Assembly: GCA_038063915.1 (NCBI GenBank)
Contig: JBBTUE010000001.1
Coordinates: 23,619-87,618 of the forward strand
DNA: 64,000 nucleotides
DNA from: Patescibacteria group bacterium
Lineage (GTDB): Bacteria > Patescibacteriota > Minisyncoccia > Phycocordibacterales > UBA9973
Reading direction: 5' to 3'
Made by a program: the position numbers and the translations under genes. Positions within the stretch are counted from its first letter, which is position 1; each line of letters opens with the position of its first letter. This document shows, piece after piece, positions 1 through 8,399 of this stretch. Below the pieces are notes generated by a model. The model saw only the letters and a list, made by a program, of their open reading frames with translations. It was not told the origin of the DNA and searched no databases.

Positions 1-504
1 AATATCGTTAGTAAGTGAACAAAGCTCAGACACACGAAGACCCGTAGAGAATAAAAGTTCAAGAATGGATCTATCGCGCAGAGATTTTATGTCATCACCC
101 GGAGAAGCTTTGAGAAGGCGAGTAAGCTCACTACTAGAAATAAGATCAAGGTGACGCTCGGGCACTTTGGCTAAATCTATTTCTTCCGCGGACATTGATT
201 TTATATTTTTGCGAGTTAAATACTTCAAGAAAACACGAAGAGCTATCATGTAGTAATTCTGTGTCTTTCTTGAAACAGTTTTGCCCGTGGCTCTGTTGTT
301 GCCCATAGACTGGCGATTGAGCCACAACCGAAACTCGCGCACCGACGTGCTATCTATATCTTCCGGATTTTTAGCCTTTGAAAACTCTAAAAATCGAGTA
401 ATATAGTGGTCGTAATTCTCCACCGTTTTCAAGCTTCGGCCTTTTTCAATTTCTATATGTTCTAAAAATTCTCTCTTTAATTGTTCTAATTTATTAGTAG
501 CCAT
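1..504 (-). CDS. XerC/XerD-like tyrosine recombinase, N-terminal part (runs off window start)
   Basis: Not in ORF track; manual translation from ATG 504: MATNKLEQLKREFLEHIEIEKGRSLKTVENY...RDRSILELLFSTGLRVSELCSL (SAM-like N-domain plus first catalytic Arg motif TGLRVSEL). Confidence 0.9.
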   Translation of the reverse strand, partial: MATNKLEQLKREFLEHIEIEKGRSLKTVENYDHYITRFLEFSKAKNPEDIDSTSVREFRLWLNRQSMGNNRATGKTVSRKTQNYYMIALRVFLKYLTRKNIKSMSAEEIDLAKVPERHLDLISSSELTRLLKASPGDDIKSLRDRSILELLFSTGLRVSELCSLTNDI

Positions 505-563
505 ATTTATGCCTACACACCCTTGGAGTGTCGCACAATAATTTTACCACATTTTGTAATAAA

Positions 564-595
564 AATAGCTACTTTAGTTAACTAAAGTAGCTATT
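564..595. promoter_or_regulatory. Perfect 32-bp palindrome AATAGCTACTTTAGTT|AACTAAAGTAGCTATT; TrpR/HisR-like operator and/or hairpin
   Basis: Exact inverted repeat; its 20-bp core matches 3356-3375 at 19/20 positions. Confidence 0.7.
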
Positions 596-600
596 AATCC

Positions 601-1467
601 TCAAATGGATATACTTTTCAAGAAATCTATATAACTTCCAGATTCAGGTTGGCCTATAACCTTTCGTTCTATATCAGAACAATTAATAGCCTTGCTTGAA
701 GATTTTTCTATTTCTTTAAACAAAATTATTGTTTGATTTATACAAAATCTTGAAAATGCTTTGCGGAAACTCTTAGGAATAGAAGCCCACTCCTCCGGTT
801 CACCAAATGGTAATATATAAGGCAACCCTATATTTTTACTACCAGTTAAAGAACGTCCAGAAAATGGAATTCCAAGATAGAAATCTCTTTCACAAACTTC
901 GTCAATAACTTCATTATAGACTTTTGAACAGTGAATTTCTATTTTAGGATTAACATATGGATTGAGAACGAGATTAATTCCATTTTGTATCCCTATCCCA
1001 GCACAAATAATCGGGACACGAATCCCAATACGAGAAAGTAGTTTAAACACTCTCATCATAAAAACACCGGAGAAAATTACATCGTCCACCAAACACACCT
1101 CTTTAATTCCATGTGACTTTAATTGGTTCAACTGCTTTAAGAGTGAATAACTTCCAAAGCGACTTTGTAATCCTTTATTCACGCCTTGCAAATCGATCTT
1201 TCTGGTAAGTTCAATTGAAAAATCACAAGGGAAGTATACTGGATCAAGCGACACACAAGGTAAGTTGCTACTTTCTGTAACCATTTGCATATGACCTAAA
1301 ATTTCTTCTTCTGAAATAAATTCAAAGTCAGGAAATATCTGAAACATGTAATTTGAGAATTCCTTTCTTAACTCATCAAAGAATTCTTTTGTGGGTAAGA
1401 TAAAGCTTTTTTGCTTTGCCCATTTCTTAAGCAATAGATAAATGTCTGCTGAAACAACGTATTTCAT
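601..1467 (-). CDS. Type I phosphoribosyltransferase-like protein
   Basis: PRPP-binding-loop-like motif VCLVDDVIFSG; likely start MKYVVS at 1467 just after upstream stop. Confidence 0.55.
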   Translation of the reverse strand: MKYVVSADIYLLLKKWAKQKSFILPTKEFFDELRKEFSNYMFQIFPDFEFISEEEILGHMQMVTESSNLPCVSLDPVYFPCDFSIELTRKIDLQGVNKGLQSRFGSYSLLKQLNQLKSHGIKEVCLVDDVIFSGVFMMRVFKLLSRIGIRVPIICAGIGIQNGINLVLNPYVNPKIEIHCSKVYNEVIDEVCERDFYLGIPFSGRSLTGSKNIGLPYILPFGEPEEWASIPKSFRKAFSRFCINQTIILFKEIEKSSSKAINCSDIERKVIGQPESGSYIDFLKSISI

Positions 1468-1478
1468 ATTTATAATTT

Positions 1479-2219
1479 TTAAGATGAAAGATAACAATTA
1501 ATTTTTTGTTTTGAGAGTTTTTCAACATTCACAAAGAGACAGCCATCTTTTGTGCGTTTATAAGCATAAGGAAGAATGGGTATGTACTCTGTTGTTTCCG
1601 CCTTTATTGGTTTAAAACTATCGATATTTCTATTAAGTATATGGGGGAGTTCGCTTACCTTACCAATAACTCTATAGATAATTTTCTTATAAGATTTTGT
1701 TTTTTGCATATTGATATTTTCTAAAAAAATACGCAAGGTTCTTTCGAGTTCGTATTTGGCCTTTGGTATATTATTTAGTCCATATTCAATTTCAAATCCC
1801 GCACCTTTGAACAATTTTACGGAAGGTCCAGTTTTACTTTGGAGTGATTCCCATATTACTGTTTTTGGAATAGGTAATAACTCAGCAAGTTTGAATGAGT
1901 TTACTCGATTGATCTCATTACATAAGATAATGAATGGCTCATGTTTTTGTTTTGGTACCCCATGAATATCAACCACATAATCATATGCTTGCATGTAGTT
2001 GAATATTTTTAGAGCCCGTTTTTCTTCATAGGTACCACATTTTTTGCCCGGGAATACACGATTTAGATCAGATTCAATAAATCGAACGTTAGTCTTTATA
2101 GCTTTCGGATTACCAATAATATAGTCAAAGGATTTAAATTCTTTCCTTAACTTCTTAATCACAGAAATAGAATAATGTTCATTTCCGTGTGTGCCAACAA
2201 TGAATAGTAGTTTTTTCAT
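1479..2219 (-). CDS. Succinylglutamate desuccinylase/aspartoacylase (AstE/AspA, M14-like Zn deacylase) family protein
   Basis: GTHGNE, DLNRVFPG, VDIHG and late GFEIE motifs typical of the family. Confidence 0.8.
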   Translation of the reverse strand: MKKLLFIVGTHGNEHYSISVIKKLRKEFKSFDYIIGNPKAIKTNVRFIESDLNRVFPGKKCGTYEEKRALKIFNYMQAYDYVVDIHGVPKQKHEPFIILCNEINRVNSFKLAELLPIPKTVIWESLQSKTGPSVKLFKGAGFEIEYGLNNIPKAKYELERTLRIFLENINMQKTKSYKKIIYRVIGKVSELPHILNRNIDSFKPIKAETTEYIPILPYAYKRTKDGCLFVNVEKLSKQKINCYLSS

Positions 2220-2265
2220 TTTATTTGTTTTTAGTTATTAAATTTTCAAAGAACAATCTCTTCCT

Positions 2266-2294
2266 AAAAGAAAAACCTCTTCTGGGAAGAGGTT
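2266..2294 (-). terminator. Attenuator-type intrinsic terminator
   Basis: Minus strand AACCUCUUC-CCA-GAAGAGGUU followed by UUUCUUUU. Confidence 0.75.
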
Positions 2295-2316
2295 GAGTGT
2301 AGAAAATTAAGTACTT

Positions 2317-2388
2317 TCAACAACCAGTCTCTTCTAAGAAAAGATGGGTGTGGTGAGCGGTATTTTTAATGTAATATCTTTTATTCAT
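2317..2388 (-). CDS. Putative His-rich leader peptide MNKRYYIKNTAHHTHLFLEETGC (23 aa)
   Basis: ATG overlaps end of upstream LOG gene; CAC CAC ACC CAT codons; followed by alternative hairpin and terminator. Confidence 0.65.
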   Translation of the reverse strand: MNKRYYIKNTAHHTHLFLEETGC

Positions 2389-2920
2389 TATTCTTCTTAA
2401 TTAAAATGAGTATTTTTTCAACTGCCTCCTCTGGATTATCAACTCCTTCAATTTTTATTCTTTTCCTTTCGTCTAAGTACTGACCAGACAATTTATCACT
2501 CCACCCACCAGTATTTTTCATAGCAATAATTGGAATATTAGCTTGATAAGCAATTGCAATCTCAGTAAGTGTTCCAGAGCCTCCGCCAATTGTAATAATT
2601 CCGTCACAACTCAATATAAGAGCTGTTTCTCTACCACCACCCCTCTCGAGTCCTGTTGAAATAACAACATCCACATTTTCTTTCTCAAATATATCAAGCC
2701 CACGATTATATGTTAGACCCACAGTCAAACCACCTGCCTTTTTTGCTCCTCGGCAAGCTGCAGTAGAAAGTGAATCGTAATCTTTTTCCGCACCAAAAAT
2801 AAGAGTTGCACCATTTTTAGCAACTAGATAACCGATCTGTTCAGCTAGATTTTCTAATTTTTTTGAATAATTTAAGTCAGCTGCCGACCCCATAACGCCA
2901 ATTTGTATTTTTCTTTTCAT
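2381..2920 (-). CDS. LOG/SLOG-family Rossmann-fold protein (TIGR00725-like)
   Basis: IGVMGS, AACRGAKKAGGLTVG, IGGGSGTLTEIAIAY motifs. Confidence 0.85.
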   Translation of the reverse strand: MKRKIQIGVMGSAADLNYSKKLENLAEQIGYLVAKNGATLIFGAEKDYDSLSTAACRGAKKAGGLTVGLTYNRGLDIFEKENVDVVISTGLERGGGRETALILSCDGIITIGGGSGTLTEIAIAYQANIPIIAMKNTGGWSDKLSGQYLDERKRIKIEGVDNPEEAVEKILILIKKNNE

Positions 2921-2938
2921 AAACTTTGATACTAAATA

Positions 2939-2972
2939 ATAAAATTCCCTTCCTAAGAAAACTTAAGAAGGG
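2939..2972 (-). terminator. Attenuator-type intrinsic terminator after repressor gene
   Basis: Minus strand CCCUUCUUAAG-UUUU-CUUAGGAAGGG followed by AAUUUUU. Confidence 0.7.
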
Positions 2973-2993
2973 GTTGGTTTCGAAGTGTAGAGT

Positions 2994-3332
2994 TTAATTA
3001 CGCGTCAAAGACAATCCTTTCCCAAGTTTGGTAGGATTGTGATGATGATTTGATATACGAGAGAGGATAAGGCGATAGCCACCGAGCGAACCTTTGAGCC
3101 ATTTGGAGATGCGAGCAATGGTAGTAGAGGATAGGCCAGTTAGCTCTATAATCGAAGCATATTGAGTATCGCGGGAGAGTAGGCGAGCAGCTTCAAGGCG
3201 TTTGCCAAATTCTTCGATTTCGCCTGAAGTCATAAGATCGCGGAGAAAACGCTTGGCTTCATCTTTTGATTCCAAGGCTAAAATAGCATTTAAAAACTGA
3301 TTATTCTCTTTTTTACTCCAACTGGCTTCCAT
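2994..3332 (-). CDS. TrpR-family YerC/YecD (HisR-like) transcriptional regulator with His-rich C-terminal extension
   Basis: FLRDLMTSGEIEEFGKRLEAARLL...TGLSSTTIARISKWL...GGY signature; tail SNHHHNPTKLGKGLSLTRN. Confidence 0.85.
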   Translation of the reverse strand: MEASWSKKENNQFLNAILALESKDEAKRFLRDLMTSGEIEEFGKRLEAARLLSRDTQYASIIELTGLSSTTIARISKWLKGSLGGYRLILSRISNHHHNPTKLGKGLSLTRN

Positions 3333-3338
3333 ATATCC

Positions 3339-3375
3339 ACTTTATCGAACTAAAGTACTTTAGTCAACTAAAGTA
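3339..3375. promoter_or_regulatory. Tandem palindromic operators ACTTTATCGAACTAAAGT / ACTTTAGTCAACTAAAGT overlapping the regulator promoter
   Basis: Two adjacent 18-bp imperfect palindromes starting 6 nt from the ATG of the TrpR-family gene. Confidence 0.75.
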
Positions 3376-3384
3376 TGTGGATAA
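3376..3384 (-). promoter_or_regulatory. Consensus DnaA box TTATCCACA
   Basis: TGTGGATAA on + strand, immediately next to the operators. Confidence 0.5.
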
Positions 3385-3454
3385 CTAATCTACATCAAAT
3401 AGGAAATGGGGCTGGGCTTGCAATTTTTTGTAAAATGTGCTAGTATATAAGGGT

Positions 3455-3715
3455 ATGTTAACAACAAAGAAAAAGCAGAATATTATAAAGAAAAGCCAAA
3501 TTCACGATAAAGATACTGGCTCACCCGAAGTGCAGATAGCAATTCTAAGTAAAAAGATAGATGAGCTTGCCGTCCACCTAAAGGAACACAAAAAAGATAA
3601 CCACTCCCGCAGAGGTCTAATCAAGATGGTCGCAGATCGCCGAAAACATCTAAAACATCTAGAGAAGACAGACAAGACACGATTTGCAACTCAAACTAAA
3701 CTATTAAAAGCCTAA
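3455..3715 (+). CDS. rpsO: 30S ribosomal protein S15
   Basis: DTGSPEVQIAIL...HKKDNHSRRGL; start moved to ATG 3455. Confidence 0.97.
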   Translation: MLTTKKKQNIIKKSQIHDKDTGSPEVQIAILSKKIDELAVHLKEHKKDNHSRRGLIKMVADRRKHLKHLEKTDKTRFATQTKLLKA

Positions 3716-3720
3716 GCATC

Positions 3721-3756
3721 GTGTCCTCCGACCCCTGTCGGAGGACACTTTGTTTT
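3721..3756 (+). terminator. Intrinsic terminator
   Basis: 12-bp stem GTGTCCTCCGAC/GTCGGAGGACAC then TTTGTTTT. Confidence 0.85.
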
Positions 3757-3770
3757 GATACAATATATAC

Positions 3771-4277
3771 ATGAGCATAATTAAACACAAAGAACAGAGG
3801 GTCGGGGTATTTATAGATACTTCAAACCTTTACCATAGCGCTAAAAATTTATACAAACGAAAAGTAAACTTTGGGGCAGTACTAAAAGATGCTGTCGCAG
3901 GACGCAAACTCGTACGTGCAACAGCATACGTAATCACATCAGAAGGTGGAGAAGAAAAAAACTTTTTCGAAGCTCTGACTAAACTCGGCATTGAAACAAA
4001 GACAAAAGAACTCCAAATATTCTCTGGCGGAGCTAAAAAGGGCGACTGGGATGTAGGTATCGCAGTTGACGCAATGAAAATGGCTCCAAAGCTCGACGCA
4101 GTAGTGCTCGTCGCTGGCGACGGTGACTTTGTACCACTGGTAGAATATTTACAGAGTACTTCTGGTATTCAAGTCGAAGTAGTATCTTTTGGTAAGTCCT
4201 CCTCTATGAAATTAAAAGAAGTCGCCGACGACTTCCTCGACCTCTCCGAAAATCCAAGAAAATACCTAATATATTAA
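3771..4277 (+). CDS. NYN-domain (LabA/DUF88) PIN-like nuclease family protein
   Basis: VFIDTSNL, KGDWDVGIAVD, GDGDFVPLVE motifs. Confidence 0.9.
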   Translation: MSIIKHKEQRVGVFIDTSNLYHSAKNLYKRKVNFGAVLKDAVAGRKLVRATAYVITSEGGEEKNFFEALTKLGIETKTKELQIFSGGAKKGDWDVGIAVDAMKMAPKLDAVVLVAGDGDFVPLVEYLQSTSGIQVEVVSFGKSSSMKLKEVADDFLDLSENPRKYLIY

Positions 4278-4281
4278 TAAG

Positions 4282-4311
4282 AAAAAAGAACATCCGGAGA
4301 TGTTCTTTTTT
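4282..4311. terminator. Bidirectional terminator
   Basis: AAAAAAGAACATC-CGGA-GATGTTCTTTTTT between convergent genes. Confidence 0.8.
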
Positions 4312-4330
4312 AAATTCAGCGGTGAATAAT

Positions 4331-4768
4331 TTAGTGTAATAATTTATCCTCACTACCATCATTCCCATCATCTATAGGACTTACATTGTGCTCTACGCCG
4401 AAATCAATTGAGACTTTTACTAAATAGCCATCACTTCTTACATAGTGATCAGTGCGCTTACCATGGCCAAGCTCGGTATAGATGTGAGGACCTTTACTGC
4501 CTGGCTTATGCGTTCTTGAGTGATTGTAACTGAAAGTAGTCTTGTTCACTTCAGTAATTGCACACTCAATGTAGGTAAGTGGTTTACCTTTACCACTAAA
4601 ATATGTAAGTATCGCAGCATGTTTTTTCCCGACGCATTTTTTCAACAAGTGCTGCATCTTTAAAAGAACTTTAAGGTATGGACCACAGAATCTTAACGCA
4701 CATACCTGCTCTATAGGGAGTGACCCGAATCCAATAAATGATACATTATTTGCGGTTATAGTTTTCAT
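4331..4768 (-). CDS. Hypothetical protein
   Basis: 145-aa ORF with ATG, convergent on a shared terminator; no recognisable motif. Confidence 0.55.
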   Translation of the reverse strand: MKTITANNVSFIGFGSLPIEQVCALRFCGPYLKVLLKMQHLLKKCVGKKHAAILTYFSGKGKPLTYIECAITEVNKTTFSYNHSRTHKPGSKGPHIYTELGHGKRTDHYVRSDGYLVKVSIDFGVEHNVSPIDDGNDGSEDKLLH

Positions 4769-4901
4769 GCTAAAAGATTTAAAAGGTTTGTTTTTTCTTC
4801 ACTTTATACCTTAATTTAAAGTAAGTCAAAGTGTTAATTAGACCCTTTATAAAATAGTGTCTTTCTGCTATGCTATCGGTATTAGTAGATAATAATAGTT
4901 A

Positions 4902-4959
4902 TTCTCCAGACGGATAGAGTTGAAACCAATACAGAGTTTCAAAACTAGGGTCTGGAGGG
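4902..4959 (+). promoter_or_regulatory. Long hairpin in pnp 5' leader
   Basis: CTCCAGAC pairs with GTCTGGAG; inner TTGAAAC/GTTTCAA. Confidence 0.55.
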
Positions 4960-4973
4960 GAGCTCATATATAT

Positions 4974-7103
4974 ATGCATAGGAAAGAATACGAGGTAGAA
5001 ATCGGTGGTAAGAAGATTACTGCTATTTTCAGTGATTTAGCAGAGCAAGCTAATGGCTCAGTCATGCTCGAGTGCGAGGGTACAGTAATTATGGCTACGG
5101 CTGTAATATCGAAAAGCGGAGAGAATAACCCGGGATTTTTTAACTTAACAGTTGAATACTTAGAGAAGTTCTACGCTTCCGGCAAGATTCTTGGCAGTCA
5201 ATTCATGCGCCGAGAGGGTAGACCATCGGACCAAGCCATACTCGCAGCTCGAATGACAGACCGTACTATCCGCCCACTTTTCGACCACCACATAAAAAAT
5301 GCAGTCCAAGTCATTATCACAGTCATTGCAATCGGCGGTGCTGACCCAAAAACTCTAGCAATCAACGCCGCATCTATAGTGCTTTATATATCAGATATCC
5401 CATGGAAAGGTCCTATTGGAGCAGTACATATAAGCAAAGCCCGTGGCGACTCTACATTAAAAGTAAATAATTATATTCCAAACTCTGATGAGGCAGTATA
5501 TGATCTTGATCTACTAGTATGTGGTAAAGAACAAACTATAAATATGATCGAGTCTATGGCATTTGAACTTGGTGAAGAAGAAATGGGTAAATGTTTTGAC
5601 ACTGCAATGGTTGAAATTACAAAGTGGGAAGAATTTCAAAAGAAACTAAAGAAAGAACTTGGTAAAGAAAAACTTCTATTTCCTAAATTAGAAACACCGA
5701 GTGAGGTAATAGAACTTTTTAACGAAAAGGTGAAACCTATCTTAGATAAAGGATTATTCAGTAAAGACAGCAAGAAAATTACTGCTGAGGCAGAAGTAGT
5801 TTGGAAAAATACTATTGATGAGAAATATGAGAAGGACGATATCCAATCAAAATATGTTGCCCATGACTATATGCATCATTATCTAGATCATGCATTTCAC
5901 AACGAAGCTATTCTAAATAACGCGCGCGCAGATGGTAGAGCTCTAGATGAAGTGCGTGGACTCTATGCGAAAGCTGGAGGAATATCTCCCTCCCTTCATG
6001 GTTCGGGAATATTTTATCGTGGTGAGACTCACGTCCTATCTGTACTTACCCTTGCAGGACCAGAGAGTATGCATACGATTGATGGCATAGAATTTTCTGC
6101 AAAGAAAAGATTCATGCATCATTATAATTTCCCTCCATATTCAAGTGGTGAGACTGGCCGTGTCGGTGCTACGAGTCGTAGAGAAATGGGCCACGGCTTC
6201 CTCGTTGAGAAAGCTCTGACTCCCGTCATGCCTGACAAAATCTTATTCCCATATACAGTACGTGTTGTATCCGAATCTGTAGCTTCAAACGGATCGACAT
6301 CCCAAGCATCAATTTGCGCTACAACTATTACCTTAATGGATGGAGGAGTGCCTATCAAGGCGCCGGTAGCTGGTATATCAATAGGTGCAATGATAGATGA
6401 AAAAGATAAAAATAAATACGTACTCCTCACTGACATCCAAGGGCCAGAAGATCACTACGGCGATATGGATTTCAAAGTAGCCGGAACTTCAGATGGTATC
6501 ACAGCCATACAGCTTGATGTAAAAGTAGATGGAATCCCAGCTTCTATTTTAAAAGAAGCTCTAACTCGTGCTAAAGTAGCAAGACTAAAAATCTTAGAAA
6601 CTATTAAAACAGAAATAGCTACACCACGCCCAAATATCTCACCAAACGCTCCGATGATACTCACTGTCAAAATCAAGAAAGATCAAATCGGTATGATTAT
6701 CGGCCCAGGAGGTAAGAATGTAAACGCAATTCGTGAAGAGACAGGAGCCGAAATTACAATTGAAGAAGACGGTACCGTATTTATCACTGGAAAAAATGGC
6801 GGAGCAGAGAAGGCCAAGAAAATTATTGAAGATATGACCCACGAGTACACAGTTGGTGACCTTGCCTCAGGTGAAGTAGTAAAGCTTATGGACTTCGGTG
6901 CATTCGTTAAAATAGCGACTGGCACAGAAGGGCTAGTGCACGTATCTGAAATTGCCCCATTCCGTGTAGAAAAAGTTTCTGATATTCTTAAGGAAGGCGA
7001 CAAGGTTCCAGTGAAGATAATAAAAGTAGATGAGAAGGGACGTTTGAATTTATCCATCAAAGAAGCTGACCCTAACTTCTTTAAACCAAATGGAGGAAAA
7101 TAA
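4974..7103 (+). CDS. pnp: Polyribonucleotide nucleotidyltransferase
   Basis: Two RNase PH domains (SNGSTSQAS, GDMDFKVAG), KH (IIGPGGKNV) and S1 domains; start ATG 4974. Confidence 0.97.
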   Translation: MHRKEYEVEIGGKKITAIFSDLAEQANGSVMLECEGTVIMATAVISKSGENNPGFFNLTVEYLEKFYASGKILGSQFMRREGRPSDQAILAARMTDRTIRPLFDHHIKNAVQVIITVIAIGGADPKTLAINAASIVLYISDIPWKGPIGAVHISKARGDSTLKVNNYIPNSDEAVYDLDLLVCGKEQTINMIESMAFELGEEEMGKCFDTAMVEITKWEEFQKKLKKELGKEKLLFPKLETPSEVIELFNEKVKPILDKGLFSKDSKKITAEAEVVWKNTIDEKYEKDDIQSKYVAHDYMHHYLDHAFHNEAILNNARADGRALDEVRGLYAKAGGISPSLHGSGIFYRGETHVLSVLTLAGPESMHTIDGIEFSAKKRFMHHYNFPPYSSGETGRVGATSRREMGHGFLVEKALTPVMPDKILFPYTVRVVSESVASNGSTSQASICATTITLMDGGVPIKAPVAGISIGAMIDEKDKNKYVLLTDIQGPEDHYGDMDFKVAGTSDGITAIQLDVKVDGIPASILKEALTRAKVARLKILETIKTEIATPRPNISPNAPMILTVKIKKDQIGMIIGPGGKNVNAIREETGAEITIEEDGTVFITGKNGGAEKAKKIIEDMTHEYTVGDLASGEVVKLMDFGAFVKIATGTEGLVHVSEIAPFRVEKVSDILKEGDKVPVKIIKVDEKGRLNLSIKEADPNFFKPNGGK

Positions 7104-7995
7104 AAAACCTGAAAACTTAAATAACGAAGTAAAAACAATCCATACCTACACTACGGATATGGCTGAAGCTGTACGTGACAATGAGACATCTATCATAAAG
7201 ATAGCCCTGGCCGAAAAAGATAAGAGGGAGAGGGAAGAGGTCTATCAAGTAGCAAAAGGTACTCCGCTATCTAAAACCCTACTTCTCTTGGGAGGGTTAG
7301 TATTTACTGCGGTTGCAGTAATAACTTCCTATCTTATTATCAAAAAAAATAAAGAGAGTAACATTGTCCCACAAGCTGTGGTAGAAATCGTAGCTCCGAT
7401 ATCATACGACGACAAAGTATTTATAGATGTCACAGAAATATCTAGCCAAGTAGAGTTAGCGACTGCTATTAACAAGGAGGTGTCTAACCCAAACAAAGTA
7501 AGATCGATAAAATCAATATTCTTAAAAGAGATAGTAGGTGGGGTGCCCAAGCTAACAACTCTCAGTGAATTTCTCTCATTAATGAAAGTAAGTGCTCCGC
7601 AAGCTCTGACGAGGAATCTAGACGAGTCGTACATGATAGGAGTTTATACCCCTTTACCTGAGAATTCGGACAGGAATCATTTATTCCTAATACTAAAAAT
7701 CAGAGATTATAACCAAGCATATGCGTCGATGCTTACTTGGGAGAAGACAATACTCTCTGATATGTTTGCATTATTTGATATAAACGTAAGTGGTGAGAAG
7801 AGTGAACTTTTTGAAAAACCATGGGCTGATATAGTAATAAATAATAAGGACGCGCGAATCCTATACGATAAGACAGGTGAAGATATTTTGTACTATATAT
7901 TCCCAGATAAAAACACACTAATAATCACTGATAATCAGGATGCAATTAGAGAGATAGTTACTAGACTAATAGCTCGCACGACCAAGCCATTATAA
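7090..7995 (+). CDS. Hypothetical single-pass membrane protein
   Basis: One TM helix (LLLLGGLVFTAVAVITSYLII) then large extracytoplasmic domain. Confidence 0.7.
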   Translation: MEENKKPENLNNEVKTIHTYTTDMAEAVRDNETSIIKIALAEKDKREREEVYQVAKGTPLSKTLLLLGGLVFTAVAVITSYLIIKKNKESNIVPQAVVEIVAPISYDDKVFIDVTEISSQVELATAINKEVSNPNKVRSIKSIFLKEIVGGVPKLTTLSEFLSLMKVSAPQALTRNLDESYMIGVYTPLPENSDRNHLFLILKIRDYNQAYASMLTWEKTILSDMFALFDINVSGEKSELFEKPWADIVINNKDARILYDKTGEDILYYIFPDKNTLIITDNQDAIREIVTRLIARTTKPL

Positions 7996-8032
7996 GATTG
8001 CCAATTACTCCCCATATTGTTAGTATTATAGG

Positions 8033-8392
8033 ATGAAAACAGATACATATAAATTAAAACTACAAGAGGAGAAGAAACTACTAGAAGACGAACTAGGTTC
8101 GATCGGTAAACTTGATAAAGAAACTGGTGAATGGGAAGCAGTTCCAGAAGAGCAGACATCTCCAGAGGCAGATGAAAGTGATATGGCAGATAGAACAGAG
8201 GATTTCGGTGAGCGCTCAGCTACTACTAGCGCACTAGATGCTAGGTTTGATGATATAAATGACGCACTAACTAAAATAGAGAGTGGTATATATGGTATGT
8301 GCGAGTCTTGTGGTAAACAAATTGAAGAGGATAGATTAAATGCAAACCCTGCAGCAAGAACTTGTAAGAATTGTATAGATAAAATGATTTAA
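8033..8392 (+). CDS. TraR/DksA-type C4 zinc-finger protein
   Basis: Coiled coil with DxxD tip, YGMCESCG...RLNANPAARTCKNC. Confidence 0.9.
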   Translation: MKTDTYKLKLQEEKKLLEDELGSIGKLDKETGEWEAVPEEQTSPEADESDMADRTEDFGERSATTSALDARFDDINDALTKIESGIYGMCESCGKQIEEDRLNANPAARTCKNCIDKMI

Positions 8393-8399
8393 TCAATAT

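Noticed and set aside
564-595. Palindrome as chromosomal dif site
   Set aside because: Does not resemble the XerC/XerD dif consensus and lies only ~40 kb from dnaA.
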